Positions 10,312 to 19,914 of a DNA stretch of 64,000 nucleotides are shown in pieces. Under the pieces are notes generated by a model that was not told the DNA's origin, ran no database searches, and saw only the letters and a program-made list of their open reading frames with translations. The stretch comes from Candidatus Latescibacterota bacterium. GTDB lineage: Bacteria > Latescibacterota > UBA2968 > UBA8231. The position numbers and the translations under genes were made by a program. Positions within the stretch are counted from its first letter, which is position 1. Every line of letters begins with the position of its first letter. Where the stretch lies: positions 1,376,001 to 1,440,000 of the forward strand of contig CBDAOB010000004.1 in assembly GCA_965197905.1 (NCBI GenBank), written 5' to 3'.

Positions 10312-11071
10312 TCACGCTTTGCGCCAGAAGTGCTCCAGGCTGTGTTGCGGCTTCCACTGCAGGAGGCGTTTCGTTTTCTCGTTGGAGAACTTTTGGTGGG
10401 GCATATCGGTGAAGATATTGAACGCCTCGCACCTGGAAGGAAGGGTGTTCAGATCCACATCCAGAGCACAACGAATCGCTTCCGCCGCATCTGCCCAGGT
10501 GACGCTGAACGGTGCGTAATTCTCTATCAGGTCGTCCGGATCGAAGAAATTGTAGAACAGAAACCACATCAGGTAGATCTCGTGATTCTCGGTGAATACG
10601 CGGCTCAGTTCCAGTCCCAGTGATTTCGTAAACGGGTACATGCCCAATCCGGGTTGGGGCGGCACGTCAGGATTGATGTTGAAATCGAAACGCTCGTAGT
10701 GATGTCCCTGAACGGTGAAGTGGGCGCCACTGCTGATGACTCGTCGAATCCCGTGCTGCACCGCCGCCGCCATGATATTGTAGGAGCCACACATTGACGT
10801 CGAAGGAGATCCGTCGGTCGTCCCGCAGCACCGAAAGATTCACGATGGCATCCATCCCGAAAGCGGCGTCCATGACCTGATCGGGATCGCTCACGTCCAC
10901 CTTCATGAACTCGCGTTTCTTCTGCTCCTCATCGGCGACGAAACCGGTCGTGTGATGGAAGACTCCGTGGGGATCGGCGAGATCGGTGAGGCGGAGATCG
11001 TAGCGCCCCGAAAGAACCCGCAACGCGTGGGGACCGAGCATTCCGTTGACACCCAGGACGAGTACCTTCAT
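10312..11071 (-). pseudogene. NAD-dependent epimerase/dehydratase split by a frameshift (likely assembly error)
   Basis: N-half (GVNGMLG...FDVNV) and C-half (GSYNIM...YPFTK) in different frames, joining at a TG repeat near 10788-10795. Confidence 0.75.
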
Positions 11072-11072
11072 A

Positions 11073-11792
11073 TCAACCCGCCATCACCGGATCGAAATCC
11101 ATGAGGTCCCGCGCCGAGCGGGTGGAGAAGCGGGCGTTGGCCACCGGGGATTGAACGTGGAACAATCCCCATCCCTTGGCCCCTGGCGCCGGCGGTCGTC
11201 CTCCCGAGGTGCGCTCGCGAGCGATGTCCCAAGCCAACCCCGATTCCACCGCCCGCACCGCGTCATCCAGATGCAGCCCGACCGTGCTGGGTGCTTCCTC
11301 GCTGCCGCGAAAGATCTCTCCGAAACGCAGGCATACGACGGTTATGCGGTTCTCGCGCACAAACTCCTTGCAGGTGAACTCGCCCAGGTGGTAGCACAGC
11401 TGATCGGTATCCGCGGTCGGGGTCGGCCTCCAGGTCTCGGTCACCCTCAGGTCTTCTCCGTATTTGGCCATGAGCGCCAGGGAGCTGAGAAACAGCGTGC
11501 GAGGCACGTGCTCCTGGCTGGCGGCATACAGCAGGTTGTAGGTCCGGCGGGTTGCGTGATCCAGCTGCTGCGCAACCGACCGCGAGGGATCGGTCGCGCC
11601 GCCGTGGACGATGGCGTCCATGCCGCGGACCAGTTCGTTGGTGGCGTCGTCGTGACCGAGATCGCACCGCACGAAGTCGCCTTCTATCTTTAGCTCCTCG
11701 GTGTCGGTGCAGCGAACCTCATGGTGGGCTGCGAGCTGCTGAGCCAGCTCTGCCTGCAACTCCCTACCGACATTTGTAACCAGGACCTTCAA
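11073..11792 (-). CDS. NAD-dependent epimerase/dehydratase-like protein (degenerate motifs)
   Basis: Rossmann-like N-terminus, GMDAIVH, FLSS, VCLRFG; same operon as neighbour. Confidence 0.7.
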   Translation of the reverse strand: MKVLVTNVGRELQAELAQQLAAHHEVRCTDTEELKIEGDFVRCDLGHDDATNELVRGMDAIVHGGATDPSRSVAQQLDHATRRTYNLLYAASQEHVPRTLFLSSLALMAKYGEDLRVTETWRPTPTADTDQLCYHLGEFTCKEFVRENRITVVCLRFGEIFRGSEEAPSTVGLHLDDAVRAVESGLAWDIARERTSGGRPPAPGAKGWGLFHVQSPVANARFSTRSARDLMDFDPVMAG

Positions 11793-11810
11793 GTCAACTC
11801 TCTGCGGTGT

Positions 11811-12083
11811 CTAGGCCATGACATCTACGGTGTTGCCGATCCCGCGCGCCTTCGTGAGCTGCTGGTTTTCCCGACCGCCTTCCCCGTTTGCCTTTGAGGC
11901 GCGGTCGCTCTGGTTGGGTCGATTCTCTTGCGCAATCTCGGACCGGTCCGCCGTGTCAGCTCGCTGTCGGCGGCGCTCCGCCTCGCGCTGACGGTCCTCT
12001 GCGGTGGTGCGCTCGACGTGATCTGTTACGGCCCCCGCCATCCGCGCGCTGGCAGCTCGCTCCGTTCCGGTGATTTCGGACAT
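11811..12083 (-). CDS. Small charged hypothetical protein ending GIGNTVDVMA
   Basis: ATG at 12083 with AGGAGG RBS; fills the intergenic gap. Confidence 0.6.
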   Translation of the reverse strand: MSEITGTERAASARMAGAVTDHVERTTAEDRQREAERRRQRADTADRSEIAQENRPNQSDRASKANGEGGRENQQLTKARGIGNTVDVMA

Positions 12084-12294
12084 TGTAGCCTCCTGATCGT
12101 TGGTCGACCGCTCAGGCTCCCGCACCTGGCGCTTCGAAAAAACAGCGGATCAAAAAAGTAAACCGCGGGGTGCCAGTTGTAAATCGAAAAGGTGACGACC
12201 GCGACCGGTCCTAGTTGCGTTGGAACATGAGTTGTGCATTCTATGGTAAGCCCCCGCCCGAGCGACCCGACCCTTTCTGAATGGAGCTATATCC

Positions 12295-12627
12295 ATGCTG
12301 CTGCAGATCTACTTCGCGGTAGAAACCGACAAGACATCCGAGTTTGAGCAGATGTATCAAGAAGCCTACGTGCCCGCCATGCAACGACAATCCGGATACG
12401 AAGGATCCAGACTGCTGAGGCTGTTTCCCCCAGCGCTCGCAACGGAGATCCAGGCGGAAGAGACGCCGTTCAACTACCAGATGGAACTGGTGTTCGACAC
12501 CGAGGAGAACCGACGCAAGTGGGCCGCCAGCGACGCTCACCAAAAAGTCTGGCCCATGGCCCAGGAGCTCGCCCAGCGAGTCGCCTGGCGCGGGTACGAC
12601 GTCGCTGGAAGGGATCGCCTTGGTTGA
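12295..12627 (+). CDS. Antibiotic biosynthesis monooxygenase-like dimeric alpha/beta barrel protein
   Basis: 110 aa, GGAG RBS, FEQMY...QSGYEGSRL...WAASDAHQ pattern. Confidence 0.65.
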   Translation: MLLQIYFAVETDKTSEFEQMYQEAYVPAMQRQSGYEGSRLLRLFPPALATEIQAEETPFNYQMELVFDTEENRRKWAASDAHQKVWPMAQELAQRVAWRGYDVAGRDRLG

Positions 12628-13622
12628 ATGACCGACCACTGCGCTGGGGGCTGCTGAGTACCGCGCGCATCAACTGCCGCCTCATTCCGGCCATTCGCTC
12701 CGCTCGACGCGGAGAGCTGTGCGCTGTGGCCAGCCGCGACCGCACTAGGGCCATGAAGTTCGCCGAGCGCTGGGACATCCCCCTAGCTTACGGGCGTTAT
12801 CAGGAACTGCTGGCGGATCCCGACATCGACGTGGTGTACATATCCCTTCCCAACCACCTGCACGAAGAATGGGCGATCAAGGCCGCCGAAGCGGGCAAGC
12901 ATATCCTGTGCGAGAAACCGCTGGCATTGACGACGACCGAAGTCGACGCCATGACAGCCGCCGCCTGGCAGAATCGCGTCGTGCTGCAGGAAGCGTTTGC
13001 ATATCAATTTCACCCGCAAACCCGCAAGGTCCGGGAGCTTGTGCAGGACGGCACCCTCGGCCAGGTTCGAGCTATGCGCGCCGGATTCTCCTTCCCGTTG
13101 AGCAACTCCGAGGACTACCGGCTGGATCCCGCCAGGGGGGGCGGCTCGCTGTGGGACATTGGCTGTTATGCGATCAGTTTCTTTCGGTTCATTCTCGAGG
13201 CAGAACCCACCGAGGTGATGGGATGGCAACAGCTTGGAACCAGCGGGGTCGACGTGAGTTTCGCCGGCCAGCTGCGGTTTTCTCCCGATGTTATTGCGCA
13301 ATTTTTCTGCAGTATTGCTACCGCCGCGCACCGCGAGTTCTCCATCTTGGGCACCGAAGGTTTGCTGCGTCTCGATCAGCCCTGGTTGCACGAGGTCGGT
13401 AAATCCGCCTCCATCTTCGTTGAACGGCTCGGCGACATTGAGAACAGGGCGGTCGTTTTCGAGGAGGTTGAGCCGTACCGTTGCCAGGTGGAGGGCATGG
13501 CCGCAGCCGTGCTCGACGGAGCGAGCCCGACCGTCTCCCTGGCCAGTAGCCGCGCCAATGTGACTGTGATCGAGTCCTTGTTCGAATGTGCACGCAGCGG
13601 AAGACCGGTTGCATTACCCTAA
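12624..13622 (+). CDS. Gfo/Idh/MocA family oxidoreductase
   Basis: WGLLSTARI, YISLPNHLH, HILCEKP, GGSLWDIGCY; TTG start overlaps upstream stop. Confidence 0.9.
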   Translation: MNDRPLRWGLLSTARINCRLIPAIRSARRGELCAVASRDRTRAMKFAERWDIPLAYGRYQELLADPDIDVVYISLPNHLHEEWAIKAAEAGKHILCEKPLALTTTEVDAMTAAAWQNRVVLQEAFAYQFHPQTRKVRELVQDGTLGQVRAMRAGFSFPLSNSEDYRLDPARGGGSLWDIGCYAISFFRFILEAEPTEVMGWQQLGTSGVDVSFAGQLRFSPDVIAQFFCSIATAAHREFSILGTEGLLRLDQPWLHEVGKSASIFVERLGDIENRAVVFEEVEPYRCQVEGMAAAVLDGASPTVSLASSRANVTVIESLFECARSGRPVALP

Positions 13623-13775
13623 TTTCGAAGCAGGGAGGGAGCCTGTTCCGACGAGGTGGCGCCAGATCGGCTCAAGAACCGGTGTTTGATCGATCTTTTG
13701 GATCGTCCCACCGGTTTGCACATCTATAGAGGGAGCCGTCGCTTTTCCACAACGTTTGAAGGATCGATCCTGAGC

Positions 13776-15497
13776 ATGCTCAATGGATCCGCTTTGCTGC
13801 TTGTTGGTCTCTGTGTCCTGACTGCTGGGCTCCTATCAAGTTGCGGAGACGATAAAAATCCTGCGTTCACAGCTCTAGAGAGCGATTTTTTCTTTCGCTC
13901 CCAAGAGGATGTCGATGAGTTTGCTGCCCGCGGATCGAACCTCCGCATTCAGGGGGGCGTGGTGGTGGAGAGCGCCGTCGTCAGCCTGCAAAATCTCGAG
14001 GGCATTGCCGTGATAGAAGGGAGCCTGGATATCCGCAGAACCACCTCCCTTACCGACCTCCGCGGCCTCGAGAATTTGACCAGCGTCGGTGGGGCGGTGA
14101 GGATCAAGGAGAATGCCCGGCTGCAGTCCCTGTGCGGGTTGAGCGGTCTTGCCAGCGTTACTCGCAATCTGGAGATCCGCGACAACCACGCCCTCCCGAA
14201 TCTAGACGGCCTGGAAGGGTTGCACGCCCTCGGCGCGGAATTGATCATCGATACGAACGACTCGCTGTCGAGCTTGGCGGCTCTGCGCAACCTCGAGTTC
14301 GTGAGTAGCCAGATCCATGTGAGGCTGAACCGATCGCTGCCCTCCCTGGACGGTCTGCAAGGACTGACCGAGATACACGCCAGCGTCAAACTGATCCTCA
14401 ACCAGTCGCTGGTCAGCCTGGAAGGCCTCGACAACGTCGTGGAGATCCGGGGCGACCTGGATCTGTTCTCGAATGTCTCCCTTACCAGCCTCGCCCATCT
14501 GGAGGCTCTGACGACGGTCGGCGGCATTCTGAACATCGCAGAGAGTCGTTTGACCTCGCTCGAGGGTTTGGAGAGGCTCGCCACGGTGCGTGAGCTGAGG
14601 ATTGCCGACAACGATGGATTGACCTCACTGCGTGGGCTAGACGCACTCAGTCGAATCTCTGTAGGCTTGACTATCGTTGCCAACGCCACATTGATTGATC
14701 TGAGCGGCATGACCAGCATGCAAGCTATCGATGGCGGTTTGCTCGTCGACCGCAACGAGGCCCTAACATCGTTGCGGGGGTTGGAATTCATCACCTCCCT
14801 CGGAAAATCGCTCACCCTATTTGGCAACGATCAGCTGGATGATCTGCAAGGTTTGCGAAATCTCACCGCGGTCGGTGGTCTTGTAGAAATTCGGCGGAAC
14901 CCCACGATGCAGTCGCTGGACGGGTTGGAGAATCTAGATTCCATCCGCACGGACCTGCGCATCATCAACAACCCGGCCCTGGTTTCGTTGGAGGGGCTCA
15001 GGGGATTGCGTATCGTCGGTGGCGACGTTGATGCGAGGGATAACGGAGCGCTCGCGACACTTACTGGCTTGGGATCGATACAAAGCGTAAAACACCTGAC
15101 GATTACCGGTCACCCCTTATTGACCCGGTTAGCACAAATGGATCAACTCACGCAGATCAGGGGGAATCTCACCCTTTCCTTGAACGCCGTATTACCGTCG
15201 TTGGCCGGCCTCAACCAGCTGGCGTCGGTGCAGGGATTTGTCGTCGTGTCAGATAATGAATCGCTGGCGTCGATGGAGGGATTGGAAAGGCTGACTTCGG
15301 TGGGGCGCTTCGTGACCATCAGCGGCAACGGATCTCTCGTCTCCCTGCAGGCGTTGCATCAGATCATGTCCATCGGGGACAAGCTGACCGTTCGCGACAA
15401 CCCGGCTCTTCCCCCGACGGAAGTCGATGCGTGGACCACGGCGTTGTCGGAACGGGGATTCGAAGGACAGACGAACGTGGGGAACAACGGATCCTAG
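13776..15497 (+). CDS. Lipoprotein with about 20 leucine-rich repeats of about 24 aa (receptor L-domain-like)
   Basis: Signal peptide with lipobox LSSC; consensus xSLxGLxxLxxVxGxLxIxxNxxL. Confidence 0.8.
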   Translation: MLNGSALLLVGLCVLTAGLLSSCGDDKNPAFTALESDFFFRSQEDVDEFAARGSNLRIQGGVVVESAVVSLQNLEGIAVIEGSLDIRRTTSLTDLRGLENLTSVGGAVRIKENARLQSLCGLSGLASVTRNLEIRDNHALPNLDGLEGLHALGAELIIDTNDSLSSLAALRNLEFVSSQIHVRLNRSLPSLDGLQGLTEIHASVKLILNQSLVSLEGLDNVVEIRGDLDLFSNVSLTSLAHLEALTTVGGILNIAESRLTSLEGLERLATVRELRIADNDGLTSLRGLDALSRISVGLTIVANATLIDLSGMTSMQAIDGGLLVDRNEALTSLRGLEFITSLGKSLTLFGNDQLDDLQGLRNLTAVGGLVEIRRNPTMQSLDGLENLDSIRTDLRIINNPALVSLEGLRGLRIVGGDVDARDNGALATLTGLGSIQSVKHLTITGHPLLTRLAQMDQLTQIRGNLTLSLNAVLPSLAGLNQLASVQGFVVVSDNESLASMEGLERLTSVGRFVTISGNGSLVSLQALHQIMSIGDKLTVRDNPALPPTEVDAWTTALSERGFEGQTNVGNNGS

Positions 15498-16276
15498 CTC
15501 TGGTCCTTAACCCGGTCCCAGACGCGATCCAGTTCCTCCAGGCTCAGCGCCCCCAACTCTTTCCCCTCCTCCTGCAGTACCGTTTCAACCTGTCGAAAGC
15601 GGCGCTCGAACTTGCCGGTGGCGCGGCGCAGCGCGTCTTCGGGACACAGCTTGAGAAACCGACCGACGTTTACAATGGCAAACAACAGATCACCAAACTC
15701 CTCTTCGACTTGCTCCTCTCCATCCGCGCGTCTGGCGTCGCGCAGCTCTTCCAGCTCTTCGGACACCTTCTCCAACGGTCCTTCGATCCGATCCCAGTCG
15801 AATCCGACGCGGGATGCCTTGCTTTGCAGACGCTGAGCACGCAGAAGCGCCGGAAGCTGCGGCGGCACCCCATCAAGGGCTGACGACGGATGAGGGGCGT
15901 CGTTGCGCTCCTCCTTCTTGATCCGTTCCCAATTGACCACCACCTCATCGGCATCGGCTACGGCTGTGTCGGCAAAGACGTGGGGGTGTCGGCGAATCAG
16001 CTTGTCGACGATGGCCCGGCACACCTGATCGATATTGAATGACGCCTGTTCGGTGCCTATCTGGGCATGGAACACGACCTGGAGCAGGAGATCACCCAAC
16101 TCGTTACACAGCTCTTGGGTGTCGTTCTCATCGATGCGCTCGAGGACCTCGTACGCCTCCTCCAGCAGGTAGGGTTTGAGCGACTCATGGGTCTGCTCGC
16201 GGTCCCATGGACAGCCGCTCTCGGAACGCAGCTGGGCCATAACCCGGACGAGGGCCTCAAAGGGCGATTCGGCCAT
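15494..16276 (-). CDS. mazG: Nucleoside triphosphate pyrophosphohydrolase MazG
   Basis: GCPWDREQTHESL, EEAYE, ELGDLLLQVVFH, KLIRRHPHVF, GFDW, EEFGDLLF. Confidence 0.95.
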   Translation of the reverse strand: MAESPFEALVRVMAQLRSESGCPWDREQTHESLKPYLLEEAYEVLERIDENDTQELCNELGDLLLQVVFHAQIGTEQASFNIDQVCRAIVDKLIRRHPHVFADTAVADADEVVVNWERIKKEERNDAPHPSSALDGVPPQLPALLRAQRLQSKASRVGFDWDRIEGPLEKVSEELEELRDARRADGEEQVEEEFGDLLFAIVNVGRFLKLCPEDALRRATGKFERRFRQVETVLQEEGKELGALSLEELDRVWDRVKDQS

Positions 16277-16277
16277 A

Positions 16278-16670
16278 TCAGTCGGAGGGTTCTCCGTCGA
16301 GTTGGGTGTACTTGAGGTTCTTCCCCCGGGCACTCTCCACCGGATAACGTTGGGCCGATAGCGCCATCTTCTTTCGCAGTATCTCGGTGGCATCGAGATT
16401 GAGGTTGTGACACATAAGCAGAACAAAATACAGAACATCGGCTAGTTCGTGGCCGATATCTTTTAGATAGGGCTCATCCTGCATTTTTTCAGCTATTTCC
16501 TCGTTGCTGAGGAAGCGGAAATGCTCCAATAGTTCTGCCGCCTCTATGCTGAGGCCGATAGCGAGATCTTTCGGGAAATGGTATTGGTCCCAGTCCCGTT
16601 CCTCAACGAACTGACGGACCATCGCCATGAGATCGGCAACCGTGCTGGAATCGTCGTTGGAGCTAGGCAT
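16278..16670 (-). CDS. MazG-like nucleotide pyrophosphohydrolase (dCTP pyrophosphatase-like)
   Basis: FVEERDWDQYHFPKDLA, EAAELLEHF, ELADVL, RYPVE. Confidence 0.85.
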   Translation of the reverse strand: MPSSNDDSSTVADLMAMVRQFVEERDWDQYHFPKDLAIGLSIEAAELLEHFRFLSNEEIAEKMQDEPYLKDIGHELADVLYFVLLMCHNLNLDATEILRKKMALSAQRYPVESARGKNLKYTQLDGEPSD

Positions 16671-16808
16671 TATTGGGGACGAAGAGCGGAGTGAACGCCC
16701 AATAAGGTGACGAGGTTCGCGCCTGTCAACCGGTCATCAGAGGCAGGGAACCTTTCGAACGCTGAGGATTTGTACTGTACTACCTCAATTCAGGAGGCGG
16801 ATGAGATC

Positions 16809-17687
16809 ATGGGGCGCAAAATCGGAATCCGCAGGGGTCGACGGGGGAAGCGGCATCTCGTTGAGGGAGATCCTGTGCTGGCTCGGTATTTGGAGGATAT
16901 CGCCGATTCGAGACCGCTGAACTCCAGCCAGGAAGCAGATCTCGCCCGCCGGATTCGCGACGGGGACGAGTCGGCGCGCAATGCGCTCGTGGAGGCGAAT
17001 CTGCGTTTTGTGGTTTCAGTGTCGAAGGATTACCAGAACCGTGGATTGACGCTCGCCGAACTCATAAGCGCCGGCAATGTAGGCCTTATGGTGGCGGCGG
17101 AGCGTTTCGACGAAACCAGGGGATTCAAGTTTATCTCCTACGCCGTTTGGTGGATCAGGCAGTCGATCCTACAGGCCGTGATGGAGCAGTCGACCGTCCG
17201 CTTGCCGGTCAACCGCCTCGATATGATGGCCAAGATCAGCAGGGCGCGGGAGGCCCTCCAGCAGGAGGGAAACAGCACCAACCTCGCTAACGTGGCGCGG
17301 GCGCTCGGGGCGACGGAAGAGCGGGTCGAGCAGACCCTCATCGAGAGCCAGCCTGTGCGATCCCTCGATGCGACCTTCGACGACGAGGAGGAGCGTTGCC
17401 TGCTGGATTCCCTGTGCGACGAGAATCAGCAGTCGCCGGAAGAGCTGCTGTTGGAGTATTCGAAGCGTGCTGACATCGATTCGGTGTTGTCTGATCTGAA
17501 CCAGCGTGAAGCCGAAATCGTCCGCCTCTACTTCGGCCTCGCGTCCGAACCGCCCATGACGCTCGACCAGATTGGGGTCCGCTTCAGGCTCACCCGGGAA
17601 CGGGTGCGTCAAATAAAGGAAGCCGCGTTGAGCAAGATGCGGCACCCCAAACTCTGTGCCTCGTTGCGGGCCCACGCCGAGCCCTAG
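16809..17687 (+). CDS. RNA polymerase sigma70 factor, RpoD/SigA family lacking region 1.1
   Basis: ANLRFVVSV, GFKFISYAVWWIRQ, LTRERVRQI. Confidence 0.9.
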   Translation: MGRKIGIRRGRRGKRHLVEGDPVLARYLEDIADSRPLNSSQEADLARRIRDGDESARNALVEANLRFVVSVSKDYQNRGLTLAELISAGNVGLMVAAERFDETRGFKFISYAVWWIRQSILQAVMEQSTVRLPVNRLDMMAKISRAREALQQEGNSTNLANVARALGATEERVEQTLIESQPVRSLDATFDDEEERCLLDSLCDENQQSPEELLLEYSKRADIDSVLSDLNQREAEIVRLYFGLASEPPMTLDQIGVRFRLTRERVRQIKEAALSKMRHPKLCASLRAHAEP

Positions 17688-17740
17688 TCCTAAGAAAGCG
17701 GCTCTCAGGGCCCGCCCTCCGCTAGCCCACCTCCTCGTCC

Positions 17741-17757
17741 TGGGCACGATTGTTGCG
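17741..17757 (+). promoter_or_regulatory. Putative sigma54 (-24/-12) promoter
   Basis: GGCACG-ATTG-TTGC with exact GG-N10-GC spacing, intergenic. Confidence 0.55.
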
Positions 17758-17851
17758 TGAAGTTACAGGAATCATTTGCACCAGTGGATTTGGTCAGACA
17801 CCGACGCCGGTCGCGACCAGAATTTCGATGCAGAGGGAAAATTTCACCTGC

Positions 17852-17878
17852 TCAAGAACCCCACGACACGGCCGATAA
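17852..17878 (+). promoter_or_regulatory. Putative sigma28 (FliA/WhiG-type) promoter
   Basis: TCAAG-N14-GCCGATAA, 30 nt upstream of ATG 17909. Confidence 0.6.
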
Positions 17879-17908
17879 TCCGGAGACGACCCCCTCCAAG
17901 GACTGCCG

Positions 17909-18031
17909 ATGAGATCCGCGCCCGAACATGGACTGACCGGTGAAAACCGTACGGTCGGAGTCAGCCTGCTGCTGTTTGTCGTCAGCGGTCTGTGCTGCGG
18001 TGTATTGCTAGGGTTGCTGGCCTCCGGCTAG
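17909..18031 (+). CDS. Unannotated 40-aa single-pass membrane peptide
   Basis: MRSAPEHGLTGENRTVGVSLLLFVVSGLCCGVLLGLLASG*; AAGGA RBS 6 nt upstream; below ORF-track length cutoff. Confidence 0.55.
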   Translation: MRSAPEHGLTGENRTVGVSLLLFVVSGLCCGVLLGLLASG

Positions 18032-18149
18032 TGCCCGTTCACGCTTACGCGTGGCGTACTACTAAGCTTCACATCCGGGAAAAAGGCCGCCGCCGCAGTG
18101 CCCGATTTTTCGGTTCCGCAGTATTGTCAGACACCAAATAAAACCGTTC

Positions 18150-18178
18150 TTGACGCCCGGAAATCGACACAGTATATT
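18150..18178 (+). promoter_or_regulatory. Sigma70-type promoter upstream of ParA-family gene
   Basis: TTGACG-17-TATATT. Confidence 0.6.
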
Positions 18179-18323
18179 GCCGTACCGAGGCGGTAACGTT
18201 GTCCTAGTTCAGATCAAAACACAGCCCCTTACAGCAGTTTCCAAGATTTTTTTTAGCCCCGGGACATGGTCCCGAGCGCGAGCCGTTCTTTTGGTATTCT
18301 CGCGATTGACGCGAACGGGCAAT

Positions 18324-19109
18324 ATGGGCAAGACCATAGCCATCGCAAATCAGAAGGGGGGCGTCGGCAAGACGACCACCGCCGTCAATCTGGCCGCCTG
18401 CCTTGCGGCGTCTGGCCACAAGACATTGTTGGTCGATATCGATCCCCAGGCCAACAGCACCAGCGGTTGCGGTGCCAGTTTCGACAGCCTGGAAGGATCG
18501 ATCTACGAAGTGTTGCTGGGCCAGGCATCGCTGGAGTCCATCGCTTGTCCGGTCGAACCCCCTCCACTTCATCTGGTTCCCTCCCACATCCGGCTGGCCG
18601 GCGCCGAGGTGGAGATGGCTTCGGTGATCGGCCGCGAGAAGAAGCTGGCGCGAGCGTTGGAGCCTGTGGTCGATCAGTATGAAGTGATCGTCGTAGACTG
18701 CCCGCCCTCGCTAGGTTTGCTTACCGTCAACGCGCTGAGCGCCGCCGATTCAGTTATTATCCCGGTCCAATGCGAATACTTTGCCTTGGAAGGGTTGGGG
18801 AAGCTACTAGGTACTGTTCGCCTCGTGCAACGTTACCTCAATCCGGCGCTGGAAATCGAGGGGGTCCTGTTGACGATGTACGACCAGCGTTTGCTGCTGT
18901 CGAGACGGGTAGCCACCGAAGTGCGGTCCCATTTCGGCCCCAAGGTGTACCGGACTGCGATCAAACGAAATGTCAGCCTCGCCGAGGCCCCCAGCTTCGG
19001 CAAACCGGTGATCCTCTACGACGCCATGTCCACGGGCGCTGAAAACTATACTCACCTGGCGGGGGAGGTCAGCGAGACCGCGTTGACGGAGCTAGCCGAA
19101 ATTACCTAG
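18324..19109 (+). CDS. parA: ParA/Soj family ATPase (no adjacent parB)
   Basis: [42 protein letters not shown]. Confidence 0.9.
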   Translation: MGKTIAIANQKGGVGKTTTAVNLAACLAASGHKTLLVDIDPQANSTSGCGASFDSLEGSIYEVLLGQASLESIACPVEPPPLHLVPSHIRLAGAEVEMASVIGREKKLARALEPVVDQYEVIVVDCPPSLGLLTVNALSAADSVIIPVQCEYFALEGLGKLLGTVRLVQRYLNPALEIEGVLLTMYDQRLLLSRRVATEVRSHFGPKVYRTAIKRNVSLAEAPSFGKPVILYDAMSTGAENYTHLAGEVSETALTELAEIT

Positions 19110-19286
19110 ATTCGGCCGCGGTCGTTGCTTACATGCGCATCCCGATCCCACCGGGAGCGCTCTTGCGCGATCGGTCCAAACCCCTAGCTTAGCCGACGGA
19201 CATGCCGCCGGCTATTCTTCCAGATTCCTGTCCCTCCGTTCGATGGTCGGCGCGCGAAGCGACTCCCACTTGCCCAGGAAGGCCGC

Positions 19287-19880
19287 ATGCTGGAAATAAC
19301 CCAGAAAGCGCAGCACAAAATATCAGAGCTGATCGCCCAGAGCTCGGAGGAGAACGAAAAGCTGGTCAAGGGATTGCGGGTGGGAGCTGAAGCCCGTTCA
19401 CCGCTCAAGGTTGATTTCCGGCTCGCCTTTATCGGGGACGGCCAGGAGAACGCCGATGATGAGGTGATCCCCTTTCCCGGGTTCGAGGTGTATGTGGATC
19501 CTGAGAGTCTCCCCTATGTGGAAGACGCCATCGTTGACTTCGTCGACGGCCTCATGGGGTCCGGTTTCAAGGTGGAGCGCAAAGACAAGGCGATGCCGAC
19601 CGCTTCCGGTCCCGTCGCCGAGCGCATTCAGCAGGTTCTCGAACAACAGATAAATCCGGCCGTTGCCAGCCACGGCGGTTCCGTGGCACTGATCGACGTC
19701 AAGGAGAATGTCGTGTATGTCGAGTTGGGAGGCGGATGCCAGGGGTGCGGCATGGCCGACGTTACGTTGAAACAGGGGATCGAGGTCGCCATCAAAGAAG
19801 CCGTCCCGGAAATCACCGAAGTACTCGACGTGACCGAGCACGCAGACGGCAACAATCCGTACTACCAGCCTTCCAAGTAG
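19287..19880 (+). CDS. nfuA: Fe-S cluster biogenesis protein NfuA
   Basis: Degenerate A-type N-terminal domain plus NifU-C domain INPAVASHGG...GGCQGCG. Confidence 0.85.
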   Translation: MLEITQKAQHKISELIAQSSEENEKLVKGLRVGAEARSPLKVDFRLAFIGDGQENADDEVIPFPGFEVYVDPESLPYVEDAIVDFVDGLMGSGFKVERKDKAMPTASGPVAERIQQVLEQQINPAVASHGGSVALIDVKENVVYVELGGGCQGCGMADVTLKQGIEVAIKEAVPEITEVLDVTEHADGNNPYYQPSK

Positions 19881-19914
19881 ACCAACCACCCTTCCCGCTG
19901 GGCAGATCCACCTA

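Noticed and set aside
10785..10797. Programmed frameshift or phase variation in the epimerase gene
   Set aside because: The break is at a short TG repeat, and three other genes break at homopolymers; assembly error is simpler, though raw reads are needed to be sure
12159..12176. Sigma54 promoter (TGGCAC on minus strand) for the 90-aa gene
   Set aside because: No GC at the -12 position with the required spacing
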